This document shows, in pieces, positions 30,360 through 41,712 of a stretch of DNA of 64,000 nucleotides. The DNA is taken from the NCBI GenBank assembly GCA_963678785.1, contig OY787449.1, positions 448,704 to 512,703 of the forward strand. The letters run 5' to 3'. Under the pieces are notes generated by a model that searched no databases, was not told where the DNA came from, and was given only the letters and a program-made list of their open reading frames with translations. Numbering within the stretch: position 1 is the stretch's first letter; every line of letters begins with the position of its first letter. Origin of the DNA: Bacteroidales bacterium. GTDB taxonomy: Bacteria; Bacteroidota; Bacteroidia; Bacteroidales; GCA-2711565. The translations under genes were made by a program, and so were the position numbers.

Positions 30360-30968
30360 ATGAAAAAGTTCATCATCTGTATCATGCTGCTAGGAATTTT
30401 TAGTTCATGTGATAAAAGTGAGGATCCACAATTAATGTATCCAGATTATATTTTGGCCGGGGAAATTTACATCCATCATTATGAAGGGATTTTTTATCGA
30501 GAAACGGCCCCGGGATGGATTTTACTTGAAAATCAAGCCTACATACCTCCTTATAAAGATGAATATCTGCTGGATATTAACAATGACAAGATTAAAGATT
30601 ATAAGTTCGAGCTAAAACATGATATAACCACTAGCTCAGAAAACATTACAATAACTTTAGAACCACTGAACAACAATGGCTTGGTATCTGAAAGCACTAA
30701 TCCAAGTCTGCTCATGCCGCTCACGAAACGAGTCACCATCAATGCGAGTAATCATTGGACTACTCAGAAATGCATGATTCATAAAATCCATTATTCTCAA
30801 ACCGATACCATCAAAGAAGGATTATTTTTAATGCCAGATCAAAGAAATGAATATGTGGGTGTAAAGACGGTTGTTAATGACATCAATCTTTATGGATGGA
30901 TCAGAATTTCAAAAACATGGGGTGATGGCATTTGGATTTTTGACCATGCCTCTACTGTAGGATACTAA
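30360..30968 (+). CDS. hypothetical lipoprotein
   Basis: 202-aa ORF with a lipobox (IFSSC). No recognisable domain. Confidence 0.5.
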   Translation: MKKFIICIMLLGIFSSCDKSEDPQLMYPDYILAGEIYIHHYEGIFYRETAPGWILLENQAYIPPYKDEYLLDINNDKIKDYKFELKHDITTSSENITITLEPLNNNGLVSESTNPSLLMPLTKRVTINASNHWTTQKCMIHKIHYSQTDTIKEGLFLMPDQRNEYVGVKTVVNDINLYGWIRISKTWGDGIWIFDHASTVGY

Positions 30969-31191
30969 ATACCATTTGCCCTATAAAGATCAAGACGATG
31001 GACGAAAGACCTTAGAAGATTTTTTCCTAAAACCTAAATACCAATCATCTTATGGCCTCAAAATGAAAAAACAGATAAAGTTTTGGCATGAAGTAAATTA
31101 GAACCAAACTATTTTTTTACTACCTTAGATACCAACTAACAAATTCACCTTTTTCCGCTTTTCTTATTTATAGACTTTTAAAACCTATAAG

Positions 31192-31926
31192 ATGAAAAAC
31201 AACAGCTCAAATTCCCTAAAAGTTCTCTTTCTGATTTCATTTATCGCTGCCGCTAACATTGCTTTCAGCCAACAAGATGCACATCATACAGGCTTCTCAT
31301 CCTTTGAAGCCACTTATGATAAGTTTGCCAGCGATTTCGCTAATTACATCAACAATAAACCTACCATGGGAAGGTTGAATGAGACAGACATCATTGGATC
31401 TCCCTATTTAAACAATACATTTATTGAAGGTACGGTTTATACAAAAAAGAACATCCATTATACCGGTATTCCACTTAGATATAATATCTTCAATGATGTG
31501 ATTGAGTATAGATTACCCGACCAATCAATCTATGCCATTTCTAACCCGGAAATTATTCGTAAAATCGAATTATGCGGTGAAACCTTCATCTATTATCTGA
31601 CCAATAAAGGAAAGCCTGGCTATTTCATACAAAAGCTTTCCGGAGATGTAGAACTACTCTCCAAATACAATGTTGTGTTTGAAGATGAAGTTCCTGAAGC
31701 TCCTTTTGAGGAAGCGAAACCACCAAGCTTTCAAGAGCAGGCCAATACTTATTTTATCAAAACCCAGGATCAACTTCCAACAATGATTTCAAAAAAAAGA
31801 GACTTAAAAAATATTTTCGGCAAAAGATGTGATTCAATCCTTTCTTATTTAAAAAAAGAGAAATTGTCTTTGCGAAAAGAAGCTGATCTGATTAAAATGG
31901 TAGACTTTATCAATAATTTGGATTAG
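31192..31926 (+). CDS. hypothetical secreted protein
   Basis: 244-aa ORF with a signal peptide (AANIAFSQ). No recognisable domain. Confidence 0.5.
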   Translation: MKNNSSNSLKVLFLISFIAAANIAFSQQDAHHTGFSSFEATYDKFASDFANYINNKPTMGRLNETDIIGSPYLNNTFIEGTVYTKKNIHYTGIPLRYNIFNDVIEYRLPDQSIYAISNPEIIRKIELCGETFIYYLTNKGKPGYFIQKLSGDVELLSKYNVVFEDEVPEAPFEEAKPPSFQEQANTYFIKTQDQLPTMISKKRDLKNIFGKRCDSILSYLKKEKLSLRKEADLIKMVDFINNLD

Positions 31927-33227
31927 TCAACATTATAGAAAGTACATAAAGCCTTCGTCATATAAGTATGATCATCAACACCTCCGGTTTCACGAACTGA
32001 GTGCATGGCCCACATGGGGTTTCCTATATCTACTGAGCGAATGGCCAATTGACCTGAAGACACATTTCCTAAAGTTCCACCACTAGCCATATCAGAACGA
32101 TTCACATATTTTTGGTAAGGAATCTGTGCTTCATGGCAAACCATCTCAAACACGGCTGATGAATCACTATCGGTCGTATATTTTTGGTTGGATTCTATTT
32201 TAATAACCGGCCCGCCATTGATCGTAGGTCGGGTAGTTGGATCTTGTTTTTCAGGATGATTGGGATGCAAGGCATGAGCCATATCAGCACTCACCATAAA
32301 GGAATGATGAAGTGCCCGTTGAAAATCTTCTTCATTCTTCCCCAAAACATGCATAATTCTTTTCAAAATATCTTTAAAAATTGGTGAGCCTGCTCCTTGT
32401 TTGGTTCTGCTTCCAACCTCTTCATTATCAAAAATCGCAAGTACGTTGGTTGATTTTGTATCAGTAGCATCGATCAATGCAGAAAGTCCGGCATGAACCA
32501 TGGCCAAATCATCTAATTTCCCACTTGACACAAACTCATCATTTGCTCCGATAATACTTCCTTTATCAAATTCATATAAGTTGAGATCCACATCCAGAAT
32601 ATCCTCAACTTCAACCTTTAATTCTTTTGCAATTTTTTTGGCTAAAAACTGATCCTTATTCACTTCTTCATTCAACACAGATAAAACCGGTAACAAATCT
32701 ACTTGTTTGTTTAAAGCGACACCTTCATTAACTGCTCTGTTAAAGTGATATGGCAAATTGGGGATAATGAGCATTGGCTGTTTAAAATTCAGCAATCGGG
32801 TTTTGGGATTGAGGATGTTTTTACTTTTTAAACTTACCCTTCCGGCCATGGATAATGGTCGATCCATCCAGGTACTTAAAATGGCTCCACCATAAGTTTC
32901 GGTATTCAGCTTTAGGTATTTGTTTTCCACAGAAATTTCGGGGGAAGGTTTAATTTTAAAAGTTGGAGCATCAGAATGAGCGGCTACAATTTTAAATCCT
33001 GAATCCTCTATTTCATCTGAACCAATGGCAAAAGCAAAAAGAGAAGTATTATTCTGGCAAACAAAATATTTACCTCCTTTTTCCAGACTCCATTTATCGC
33101 TAAGTGATAATTCAACATATCCCTCTTTATTCAATTTATTTCTCACATTATCAACTGCGTGATAAGGGCTTGGGCTTTCGTAAATAAAGTCAATTAAATC
33201 TTGTGCATGCTTATGATTTGGATTCAT
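31923..33227 (-). CDS. M18 family aminopeptidase (aspartyl aminopeptidase-like)
   Basis: 434 aa with DFIYESPSPYHAV, VAAHSDAPTFKIKP, FDNEEVGS and the SADMAHALHPN metal-ligand contexts. Confidence 0.88.
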   Translation of the reverse strand: MNPNHKHAQDLIDFIYESPSPYHAVDNVRNKLNKEGYVELSLSDKWSLEKGGKYFVCQNNTSLFAFAIGSDEIEDSGFKIVAAHSDAPTFKIKPSPEISVENKYLKLNTETYGGAILSTWMDRPLSMAGRVSLKSKNILNPKTRLLNFKQPMLIIPNLPYHFNRAVNEGVALNKQVDLLPVLSVLNEEVNKDQFLAKKIAKELKVEVEDILDVDLNLYEFDKGSIIGANDEFVSSGKLDDLAMVHAGLSALIDATDTKSTNVLAIFDNEEVGSRTKQGAGSPIFKDILKRIMHVLGKNEEDFQRALHHSFMVSADMAHALHPNHPEKQDPTTRPTINGGPVIKIESNQKYTTDSDSSAVFEMVCHEAQIPYQKYVNRSDMASGGTLGNVSSGQLAIRSVDIGNPMWAMHSVRETGGVDDHTYMTKALCTFYNVD

Positions 33228-33551
33228 TCTAAGAAATTTTAAGGATTACTAATTCGCAATAAATATACGATTTTAGAAGCTTTTATCTTATACATTTTCA
33301 GAGAATTTCTCACATTAATTATAATGACTTGACCACTCCAAGTTAGTGACTCATATTAGATCCTAATTTAAAAAAATCTTAAACATCAATTCTTTTAGTG
33401 AGTAATCAACAAGTATAAAATAAAAGAGCCTGCTAATCTTTTTGTGGATGATTAAGTATAATTCAGGAAATCTTGTTCATTGAAAAAAAGCTACCTGAAA
33501 AAGCAGCTCGCATTGTGTTTTGAATTCTTAATTTTTTAGCAAGTGAATTAC

Positions 33552-33929
33552 CTATCTATCTTGGGTTCCAACCCATTTACGGGCCTCTTCTAAGCTATCA
33601 CTTATAAAAAATTTCCAGCCGGAGGATTCCATTCGTTTTTCATATTTTTTGATTACCTTAACTAATACAGGGTTTTTGGTTAAATGAACCACCTTTAGGT
33701 TCTTATTCCAATTACTGGCTTGCAGTTCAAGCTCTGAAATGATTCTGATTTCCTTATCTGTATAATGGGTAAATTCAGCGTCTAAGAAATCACATATTTG
33801 ATAAGTTAAGGTATCAAATCTTTTGTCACCATACATTTCTCCATTTGAACGGATATTATCGCTGGCTGTAACTTTCCCGTTCCACTTGATCATCAAACCA
33901 GAATCTTCCCACTCTATCTTGTATGGCAT
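33552..33929 (-). CDS. hypothetical cytoplasmic protein
   Basis: 125-aa ORF with no signal peptide and no domain I recognise. Confidence 0.45.
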   Translation of the reverse strand: MPYKIEWEDSGLMIKWNGKVTASDNIRSNGEMYGDKRFDTLTYQICDFLDAEFTHYTDKEIRIISELELQASNWNKNLKVVHLTKNPVLVKVIKKYEKRMESSGWKFFISDSLEEARKWVGTQDR

Positions 33930-34045
33930 GTATTAATTTTTTGCAAATATATTAAAATAATTAAGCCAAAACTTTATGATATAAATCATATTACAAAAAC
34001 CAGCGAGCGCCATTTTAAAAACATAAAGCCCATAACATCAAAACT

Positions 34046-34071
34046 AAAGCCCAACAAGCATGATGGGCTTT
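34046..34071 (-). terminator. stem-loop terminator after the thioredoxin-like gene pair
   Basis: 8-bp stem AAAGCCCA / TGGGCTTT with a 10-nt loop, located 16 nt past the stop of 34087..34683(-). Confidence 0.5.
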
Positions 34072-34086
34072 AGTATAATAAGTTTT

Positions 34087-34683
34087 TTACTTGGTTTTTA
34101 TGCTACAACCAATGGCTTTTGTCTCGGCTGTTTCAACCATTTTACCAGCCAATAGAGCATCAACAGCATCTTCTAAATAAGATTCAGTAACTGCACTTGC
34201 ATCAGCATAATTATCATCGATGGCACCAATATATCTAACTACAAATTCACCTTTCATATTCTCCAAAACATAAATATGCGGAGTTCGTGTAGCTCCATAT
34301 TTAGGATAAACCTTCTGTCCGTCGTCAAATAAATAGGGAAAGGTAAATCCTTTTTCATGAGCACGTTCATGCATGGCTTCATAGGAATCTCCAGGTTTCA
34401 CCTCCGGATCATTTGGGTTTATGGCAATTACTGGGTATCCAAGCTCTTTATACTTTTTATCGATCTCAATAAGACGATCTTGGTAAGCAATTGCATACGG
34501 ACAAGTATTGCATGTAAAAGTTAGAATAACTCCTTTGGCATCCTTATAGTCACTTAAGGAGATCATTTTACCTTCTACATCCTTAAGTATAAAATTTGTG
34601 GCTTTATCGCCAATTTTTAGTCCATCTGCCAGCACTACGGTACTAAGCATGAGTGTAAAAATAAATATTATCGTTTTTTTCAT
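34087..34683 (-). CDS. thioredoxin-fold redoxin (AhpC/TSA-like) with signal peptide
   Basis: 198 aa with a CxxC motif (FTCNTCPYA) in a thioredoxin-like fold. Confidence 0.75.
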   Translation of the reverse strand: MKKTIIFIFTLMLSTVVLADGLKIGDKATNFILKDVEGKMISLSDYKDAKGVILTFTCNTCPYAIAYQDRLIEIDKKYKELGYPVIAINPNDPEVKPGDSYEAMHERAHEKGFTFPYLFDDGQKVYPKYGATRTPHIYVLENMKGEFVVRYIGAIDDNYADASAVTESYLEDAVDALLAGKMVETAETKAIGCSIKTK

Positions 34684-34686
34684 AAT

Positions 34687-35184
34687 TTACATTTTATGTG
34701 ATTCAATTACTGCTTTCAACTCTTCATAAGTATAACTTCCCTCATGAAAATTTCTTGATTTTTTATTGTAGACTACGGTAGCAGGGATCGATCCCGTCCA
34801 ATCGCTGGAAACCTTATTAATCCACACATTGGCATTGGGATCAAAAAGCAAAACGACTTCAGATTTTAGCTGATGTTCTGCAATAAAAGGAATTACCTGA
34901 GTTTCCAGATGCTGCGGAAAATCCATGCTTACCAATAAAAACTTGATTTTGTCATTCTTATATTCTTCAGCTAATTTTTCAAAATCCGGCAGCTCATGCA
35001 CACAAGGCTTACACCAGGTTGCCCAAAAATTAACAATGTAAGTAGTATCGTTTTCTTTCAGGAGCCGGGGCTCTAACTGATCAAAATTTAAAACAGCCAC
35101 CTCAGCTTTTTTAGTTTCCCCTTGCCCGGGAGCACATGAATGTAAAACAAAGGCACTGATTAAAATAATAAATAGGTATTTCAT
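34687..35184 (-). CDS. TlpA-family thiol:disulfide oxidoreductase lipoprotein
   Basis: 165 aa with a lipobox (LHSC) and the WATWCKPC active site. Confidence 0.8.
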   Translation of the reverse strand: MKYLFIILISAFVLHSCAPGQGETKKAEVAVLNFDQLEPRLLKENDTTYIVNFWATWCKPCVHELPDFEKLAEEYKNDKIKFLLVSMDFPQHLETQVIPFIAEHQLKSEVVLLFDPNANVWINKVSSDWTGSIPATVVYNKKSRNFHEGSYTYEELKAVIESHKM

Positions 35185-35278
35185 TGCGTAAATATAATTA
35201 ATGAATACAAAAATAATAATACGAATATGGTTGTCAAACAGATAGCATTATTTAACGAATATTTAACAGTGGTATTTA

Positions 35279-36832
35279 TCAGCTACTTTTTAACCGACTC
35301 TCAATATTTTTTGAAGATTTGGTTGTAGAAAGACCACCTTTGGCAGTGCATCTCAATTCGTGAGGCAAACTCATCCCAACTTCCAACATTGTTTTAACAA
35401 CTTCATCGAAAGAAATGAGTGGATCATAATTTGCTAAGGCCATATTTGCACAACTTAATGCATTAGATGCTGCCATTATATTTTTCCCTAAACATGGGGC
35501 CTCTACCCTATTGGCGATGGGATCACAAATCATACCCAATGAGTTTTGCATGGCCAGAGAAGCAGCACCAATGGATTGGTCTAAACTACCATTCATTAAG
35601 GAAACCAAGCCTGCTGCTGACATTGCAGATGCAGCACCACATTCAGCCTGACAACCAGCAATTTCAGCTGAAAATGTTGCTTGTTGACTGATAAAAACAC
35701 CGATGATTCCGGCAACAAATAATGCATTGATCAACTCTTCTTCACTTGAATTTAAATTTTCTGCTGCTGCAATTAAACTTCCGGGAATGGTTCCACAAGA
35801 TCCTGCTGTAGGCGCAGCAACAATAATCCCCATCGAGCTTTTGCATTCCATTACAGCACTTGTGTACATTATCATTCGATTTAGTACTCCCCCATCTAAA
35901 AGGGCCGATTCATTTAGCTTTCTTCTAAATTCCAATGATTGTGCCCCCAAAATTCTATCCTCGTAATTTGTTCCGGCTAATCCAGTATGAATAGATGCTT
36001 TCATAAATGAGATGATTTCCTTCATCATCTTCACCAATTCATCATTCTCTAAATAAGCTCTTCGTGATTCATAAATTAAGGCAAGTTCCGATAAATTTTC
36101 AATTCTCTCTTTCTTTGCAAAATTTAACATTTCTGCACAATTCGTAAAAGGAACCGATATACTTTTAGTTGAAATAATTGGCAATACGGGTTTCAGTTCA
36201 ATGATTTCTTCAATCCCGCATACTGCTTCAATTTCCTTGATCAAACTCGGAGTAAATTCAGTTGAACTTTTCAATTGAACAAAATGGTTATTGATAAAAA
36301 AAGTATCGCCTTTGAACTCTTCTATCAGTTGCTTAAAATCACAATTTTCAGTTTTCTTAACCATGATAAGCAATTCATAAAAATCACCCTTTATGGAAAT
36401 AGGGTATCCATCCATTTCAATGATTTCTATAGCACCACCGCCTGTCGAAATGGATTTAATGGTCTTTAAACCGTTTTCATTATTCAATACCAGTTCGTAA
36501 GTATTTGGATGCGCTGCCTGGGTTTCTTCAATTTTCAGTTCTAAATCAATCCCTGCTGATTTCAATGCACTTTCTGAATTAGCCAATCGATCATCCGTAA
36601 TATCCCAACCCAAAAGTCCGGCAAACAATCCCATATTTGAGCCTTGGTTTTTATGGGTCGTTGCCAACGATCCATTTTTATCGTAAGTAATCTCAACATC
36701 GCTAATCTCACCTTTCATCAGATCGTAGCACAATCTACCAATTCGATGTGCCGCTGCACAATGAGAACTTGATGGCCCCCTCATCACGGGTCCTAAAACA
36801 TGATTAAAAATACTTGCAAACTGATTATCCAT
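35279..36832 (-). CDS. sdaA: L-serine ammonia-lyase (iron-sulfur dependent, fused beta/alpha)
   Basis: 517 aa. The N-terminus FNHVLGPVMRGPSSSHCAAAHRIG (beta domain) and the C-terminal alpha domain carry Cys ligands (AGSCGT, GCQAECG). Confidence 0.85.
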   Translation of the reverse strand: MDNQFASIFNHVLGPVMRGPSSSHCAAAHRIGRLCYDLMKGEISDVEITYDKNGSLATTHKNQGSNMGLFAGLLGWDITDDRLANSESALKSAGIDLELKIEETQAAHPNTYELVLNNENGLKTIKSISTGGGAIEIIEMDGYPISIKGDFYELLIMVKKTENCDFKQLIEEFKGDTFFINNHFVQLKSSTEFTPSLIKEIEAVCGIEEIIELKPVLPIISTKSISVPFTNCAEMLNFAKKERIENLSELALIYESRRAYLENDELVKMMKEIISFMKASIHTGLAGTNYEDRILGAQSLEFRRKLNESALLDGGVLNRMIMYTSAVMECKSSMGIIVAAPTAGSCGTIPGSLIAAAENLNSSEEELINALFVAGIIGVFISQQATFSAEIAGCQAECGAASAMSAAGLVSLMNGSLDQSIGAASLAMQNSLGMICDPIANRVEAPCLGKNIMAASNALSCANMALANYDPLISFDEVVKTMLEVGMSLPHELRCTAKGGLSTTKSSKNIESRLKSS

Positions 36833-36961
36833 CTTACTTCAGATCATTAAATATAAAGTGGTAAATTTTAACTGAATAAAGATACGAACTTGTTAACCAC
36901 ATCGAAATCAATTTAAAAAGAGTTTTTTTTATCTTTATCCTCCCATCAAGTCCAAAATCAA

Positions 36962-38206
36962 ATGATCACCAAAGATAAGATTAGCCCAACCATTCTATCA
37001 GAGCGCATCCATTCAATCGATCTATTGCGAGGAATTGCCGTTTTAGGAATTCTCATTATGAACATTCAAAACTTTTCGATGCCTGGTTCAGCCTACATTA
37101 ATCCAACGGCCTATGGAGACCTTTCAGGTATCAATAAATGGGTTTGGATACTGAGTCATGTTTTAGCCAGTGGAAAATTCATGAGTATTTTTTCCATTCT
37201 ATTCGGAGCAGGAATGCTTCTCTTTACTGAAAGGGCCAAAGCAAAAGATAATAAAGCCGGAAATTTACATTTTCGTAGAATGTTTTGGCTTTTAATTTTT
37301 GGATTAATGCATGCACACTTAATTTGGTCGGGCGACATATTGGTTGCTTATGCCCTGTGTGGAATGTTCATTTATTTTTTCAGAAATATGAAAGCCAAAA
37401 CACTGATCATTTTAAGTGCTGCCTTTTTTATGATCCCGATATTATTGAATTTATTTTCTGGTTCCAGTATTGAGTATTGGCCTGAAGAATCCTATGAGCA
37501 AAATATGCAAAGCTGGTTACCCTCAGTTGATTTGATTAACACGGAAGTTTCTAATATGAGTGGAAGTTATTCTCAACAAATGGAATCGAGGATACCTTCG
37601 GCCATTTTTATGCAAACGTTCTATTTCGTTTGGTTAACTTTTTGGCGGGTAACTTCCATGATGCTACTAGGAATGGCCCTGATGAAACTAAAGATTCTTT
37701 CTTCTGAAAAATCAAATAAGTTTTACCTTAGAATGCTCACCATAGGTTTCATCTTTGGTTTTGCAATCATAGCATTGGGTGTTTATCAGAACTTTGACCA
37801 TCAATGGTCGATGGAGTATTCCATGTTTTTTGGAAATCAATTTAATTATATCGGAAGTTTGGGTATTGCATTGGCCTACATTGCTTTGGTCATGTTAATA
37901 TCCAAATCCAATCGCTTTCTAAACTTCAAAAAAACATTTTCCTCAGTAGGAAAGATGGCTTTTACAAATTACATTTTGATGTCGGTTTTAGGGATATTTA
38001 TATTTTACGGTAATGGATTGGGCTTTTATGGTCAGGTAGATCGTCAACATCAAATTTTGATCGTCTTTGGAATCTGGATGGTCCTCCTCATTCTGTCACC
38101 AGCCTGGCTAAGGAAATTTCGCTATGGCCCCCTTGAATGGATGTGGAGAAATCTAACTTATTGGAAAATTCAAAACATCAAAAAGGAAAGCAAAAGCTAT
38201 TTTTAG
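36962..38206 (+). CDS. DUF418-family (YeiB-like) membrane protein
   Basis: 414 aa, polytopic. It has SIDLLRGIAVLGILIMN at the N-terminus and FRYGPLEWMWR at the C-terminus. Confidence 0.75.
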   Translation: MITKDKISPTILSERIHSIDLLRGIAVLGILIMNIQNFSMPGSAYINPTAYGDLSGINKWVWILSHVLASGKFMSIFSILFGAGMLLFTERAKAKDNKAGNLHFRRMFWLLIFGLMHAHLIWSGDILVAYALCGMFIYFFRNMKAKTLIILSAAFFMIPILLNLFSGSSIEYWPEESYEQNMQSWLPSVDLINTEVSNMSGSYSQQMESRIPSAIFMQTFYFVWLTFWRVTSMMLLGMALMKLKILSSEKSNKFYLRMLTIGFIFGFAIIALGVYQNFDHQWSMEYSMFFGNQFNYIGSLGIALAYIALVMLISKSNRFLNFKKTFSSVGKMAFTNYILMSVLGIFIFYGNGLGFYGQVDRQHQILIVFGIWMVLLILSPAWLRKFRYGPLEWMWRNLTYWKIQNIKKESKSYF

Positions 38207-40146
38207 AAATTTAGAATCTTAAATTCTGTCCGTCGGTTTTTGGCCCGATTTGCTGCGCTACTATTTTCGGCGATTGGTTTTGTAAAACCATAACCTTTAA
38301 ACCTTAAACGATTTCTGGAGATGTTGTTTTCTATCAGGAAATCTACTACGGATTTCGCCCTTTTTTCGGACAATTGCTGATTGTATTCTTTACTGCCAAT
38401 ATCATCGGTATGACCAGAAATCTCAACAATAATGCCTGGATTATCATTCATTAATTCAACTATTTTTTTCAATTCAGGAAAAGAAGCTTCCATCAATTTA
38501 TATTCATTTGTTTCAAAAAAGATATTGCTTAAAACCTGAGTGGCACCTAAACTGATTTTTTGTAAAGGAATATCCATTTTAACAGGCGACATCTTACTTC
38601 CCTGAACATCGGTATTAAAATGCGCTGTGTACATCAAATAACCGGCTTTTTCGACACTCAATGCAACAGAACGATTCAAAGGCAAGGCGAGTAAGAATGA
38701 TCCATTTTCAACATCAGACTCTGAGCGTGTAAACAACCTTCCTTCGGGCAAAAGCCCCAGTTCTACTTTTGCCACCAAACTTCCCCCCGTTTCGGAATCT
38801 GAAACGAGTCCTTTTATATAAGTAACAGGATCTGGTCGAAGCCCTTCATCCAATTCAAATTTATAAATATCATAACCGCCAAAACCACCTTTCATATCAG
38901 ATGAAAGATAGGCCGTCGTTCCATTTGGGGCAATAATTAAATTGATCTCATCATTTTCAGTATTAATCGGATAACCCAAATTCTTAGGAACAGACCAATG
39001 ATTATTTTCCAACCAAGTACTCTGAAATAAATCAAAGCCGCCCATTCCCATCAACCCATTTGAAGAGAAATACAAAGATTTTGCATCATAATGAATGAGT
39101 GGCGCCATTTCATCTCCAACGGTATTAATTTTTTCTCCTGCATTAAAAGGTTTTTCAAAACGTCCATTTTCATTTAATTCCGAAATCCAAATATCTGAGC
39201 CTCCGTATCCACCTGAACGTTTACTCGCGAAAAACAATTTTTTCCCGTCGGATGAAAAACTGGGTTGCGAATCCCAACTACTAGAATTAACAATCGGTCC
39301 CAGATTTTGGGGACTACTTAATTTCCCACTATCGATCGCAGCATAATATAAATCACAACTCCCCTGACCTTCATTCTGATTACAACTGGTAAAAAACAGA
39401 TAACGGTTGTTTGGTGAAATCGAGGCTCCACCAATGGCATGAACCAATTCATTGTTAAATTCCAATATGTCTGGAACTGACCAAGTTGAATCATTAAAAT
39501 CAATTTGATAAATATTTTCGGCAAAATTAATTCTACCATATATATCGGCTCCCATGTTTTTCTTCACGGTAATGTACATTGAATTTTCATCTGTACTCAA
39601 TGAGTTCACATATTCATCATGAACAGAGTTAACCTCATTTCCTAAATTCTCCGGTCTAAATCCCACGGGACTGTTATACGCCAAAATTCGGAAATTAATT
39701 TTCTGTAATAGATCCAATGCCAGCTCTTTCTTTTTGCCTTTTGCCCGATCCAGAGACAAATACTTTTTTACATGATCCCTGGCAATATTAAAATCTTTTT
39801 GCTTCATTTCCAGCTTCGCTACAACAAAAAACAAATCAGGGAATTCATCCGGATTAAGATGTAAAGCTTGAGAATATGCGCTGATGGCTTGACCAATTTT
39901 TGCTCTTGCTTCGTAAATATTTCCCAGCATCACCCAGGGTGTAGCATACAAACTATCTTTTTTGATGGCTTCACATGCAAATTCAAATGCATTGGTTGTA
40001 TCACCCTGGCGAAAATGAACCACTGACAACTCCTGAAACCTGATTGCTTTTTTATGAATTTGATGTTGACTAAAAAGGGAATTTGAAAAAACAGTAAAGA
40101 TGAAGGTTAGGAACAAAAATTGATATTTCATCTTTTTAAAAAGCAT
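38203..40146 (-). CDS. OmpA-family protein with TPR and TolB-like beta-propeller repeats
   Basis: 647 aa: signal peptide, TPR, WD40-like repeats (SPNNRYLFFTS, SSDGKKLFFAS), and a C-terminal OmpA peptidoglycan-binding motif (GHTDDIGS ... NRRTEFKI). Confidence 0.85.
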   Translation of the reverse strand: MLFKKMKYQFLFLTFIFTVFSNSLFSQHQIHKKAIRFQELSVVHFRQGDTTNAFEFACEAIKKDSLYATPWVMLGNIYEARAKIGQAISAYSQALHLNPDEFPDLFFVVAKLEMKQKDFNIARDHVKKYLSLDRAKGKKKELALDLLQKINFRILAYNSPVGFRPENLGNEVNSVHDEYVNSLSTDENSMYITVKKNMGADIYGRINFAENIYQIDFNDSTWSVPDILEFNNELVHAIGGASISPNNRYLFFTSCNQNEGQGSCDLYYAAIDSGKLSSPQNLGPIVNSSSWDSQPSFSSDGKKLFFASKRSGGYGGSDIWISELNENGRFEKPFNAGEKINTVGDEMAPLIHYDAKSLYFSSNGLMGMGGFDLFQSTWLENNHWSVPKNLGYPINTENDEINLIIAPNGTTAYLSSDMKGGFGGYDIYKFELDEGLRPDPVTYIKGLVSDSETGGSLVAKVELGLLPEGRLFTRSESDVENGSFLLALPLNRSVALSVEKAGYLMYTAHFNTDVQGSKMSPVKMDIPLQKISLGATQVLSNIFFETNEYKLMEASFPELKKIVELMNDNPGIIVEISGHTDDIGSKEYNQQLSEKRAKSVVDFLIENNISRNRLRFKGYGFTKPIAENSSAANRAKNRRTEFKILNF

Positions 40147-40154
40147 AGCCTAAT

Positions 40155-40787
40155 TTATGGAATTTTCATGTACTTATGACTTTGTAACGAAATTTTCCAT
40201 TTGGGATTGTGCTTGGCGTATTCAATAATGACGGGTAAAATCTTTGGAGCTACACTCCATTCTGGCTGTAAATAAAGTTCACATTGATTACCAACTTTTT
40301 CGGCATTCAATTCTGCCCACTCCAAATCTTTTTCTTCCTGAACAATCATTTTAAGTTCATGAGCCTTTGGAAAGATTTCCTCTTTTGGAGGAATTTGTCG
40401 TTTTGGAGACAAACAAATCCAATCCCACTCCCCTGTCAAAGTATGAGCACCTGAGGTTTCAATAAATGTTTGGATCTTGTATTTGTGTAATTCCTTGGTA
40501 AAATATCCCAACTGATACATGGATGGTTCACCTCCGGTAACCACAACAGCTTGTCCTTCTGTGGCTTTGGCCCGTTCCACAATTTCGTCGGTGGCAACGG
40601 CCGGATGAATTTCAGCATTCCACGAACGCTTGGTATCGCACCAGCTACATCCAACATCACAACCTCCAATACGCACAAAATAAGCAGGTTTGCCCGTATG
40701 AAACCCTTCTCCCTGAATGGTATAAAACTCTTCCATTAATGGAAGCAATTTTCCATTCTTCAATCCTTCATCCACTGAATTACTCAT
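40155..40787 (-). CDS. queE: 7-carboxy-7-deazaguanine synthase (radical SAM)
   Basis: 210 aa with FYTIQGEG and the cluster motif GGCDVGCSWCDT. Confidence 0.85.
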   Translation of the reverse strand: MSNSVDEGLKNGKLLPLMEEFYTIQGEGFHTGKPAYFVRIGGCDVGCSWCDTKRSWNAEIHPAVATDEIVERAKATEGQAVVVTGGEPSMYQLGYFTKELHKYKIQTFIETSGAHTLTGEWDWICLSPKRQIPPKEEIFPKAHELKMIVQEEKDLEWAELNAEKVGNQCELYLQPEWSVAPKILPVIIEYAKHNPKWKISLQSHKYMKIP

Positions 40788-40813
40788 ACAATTAGATTTT
40801 TACTTTGAAGCAC

Positions 40814-41689
40814 TTATTTGGCTTTTTTATGGGCATTTAAGGTATTCTGTAGCAAAGAAACGATGGTCATGGGTCCTACTCCGCCGGGCACGGGAGTAAT
40901 ATAGCTACATTTTTTTGCAACTTCATCAAAGGCCACATCTCCTTTAAGCTTAAAGCCCGATTTTGTTTTATCAGATTTAACACGATGTACTCCAACATCA
41001 ATAACAACAGCACCTTCTTTCACCATATCTGCTTTAATGAATTCACAAACACCAATGGCGGCAACGATAATATCTGCTTTACTGCAAATCTCTTTTAGAT
41101 TACTGGTACGACTATGACAGAGGGTAACCGTTGCATTCGCATTTTTAGCTTTACGAGATAAGAGGATGCTAATTGGAGTGCCAACGATATTGCTTCTACC
41201 CACAACAACCACATTTTTTCCACTGGTTTCAATTTTTGAGTGCTCCAACAAAGTCATGATTCCTTTGGGTGTTGCAGAAACATGTGAAGGAATTCCCAAG
41301 GCCATTTTACCCACATTCACCGGATGAAATCCATCCACATCTTTTCGTGGATCGATGCGTTCGATTACTTTATTCTCATCGATATGATCAGGCAGAGGCA
41401 GCTGAACAATAAATCCATCAATTTCATCATCCTGATTTAAAAAATCAACGATTTCCAAAATTTCTTTTTCTGTAACATTTGCCGGATATTTATAGAGCGA
41501 TGAAATCATCCCGACTGATGCGCATGCTTTCTCCTTGGAAGCAACATAAGTTTGGCTTGCAGGATCATCCCCAACCAAAACCGCTGCTAGATGGGGACTG
41601 CGATCATCCTTGTCGATCATGGCTGCAACTTCTTTGGCAATGTCTGCTTTTATTTTTTCGGCAATCTTTTTTCCGTCAATTAATTTCAT
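40814..41689 (-). CDS. folD: bifunctional methylene-THF dehydrogenase / methenyl-THF cyclohydrolase
   Basis: 291 aa. It has the typical FolD sequence throughout ([41 protein letters not shown]). Confidence 0.93.
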   Translation of the reverse strand: MKLIDGKKIAEKIKADIAKEVAAMIDKDDRSPHLAAVLVGDDPASQTYVASKEKACASVGMISSLYKYPANVTEKEILEIVDFLNQDDEIDGFIVQLPLPDHIDENKVIERIDPRKDVDGFHPVNVGKMALGIPSHVSATPKGIMTLLEHSKIETSGKNVVVVGRSNIVGTPISILLSRKAKNANATVTLCHSRTSNLKEICSKADIIVAAIGVCEFIKADMVKEGAVVIDVGVHRVKSDKTKSGFKLKGDVAFDEVAKKCSYITPVPGGVGPMTIVSLLQNTLNAHKKAK

Positions 41690-41712
41690 AATTAGCTATT
41701 TGCTTTTTGCTA

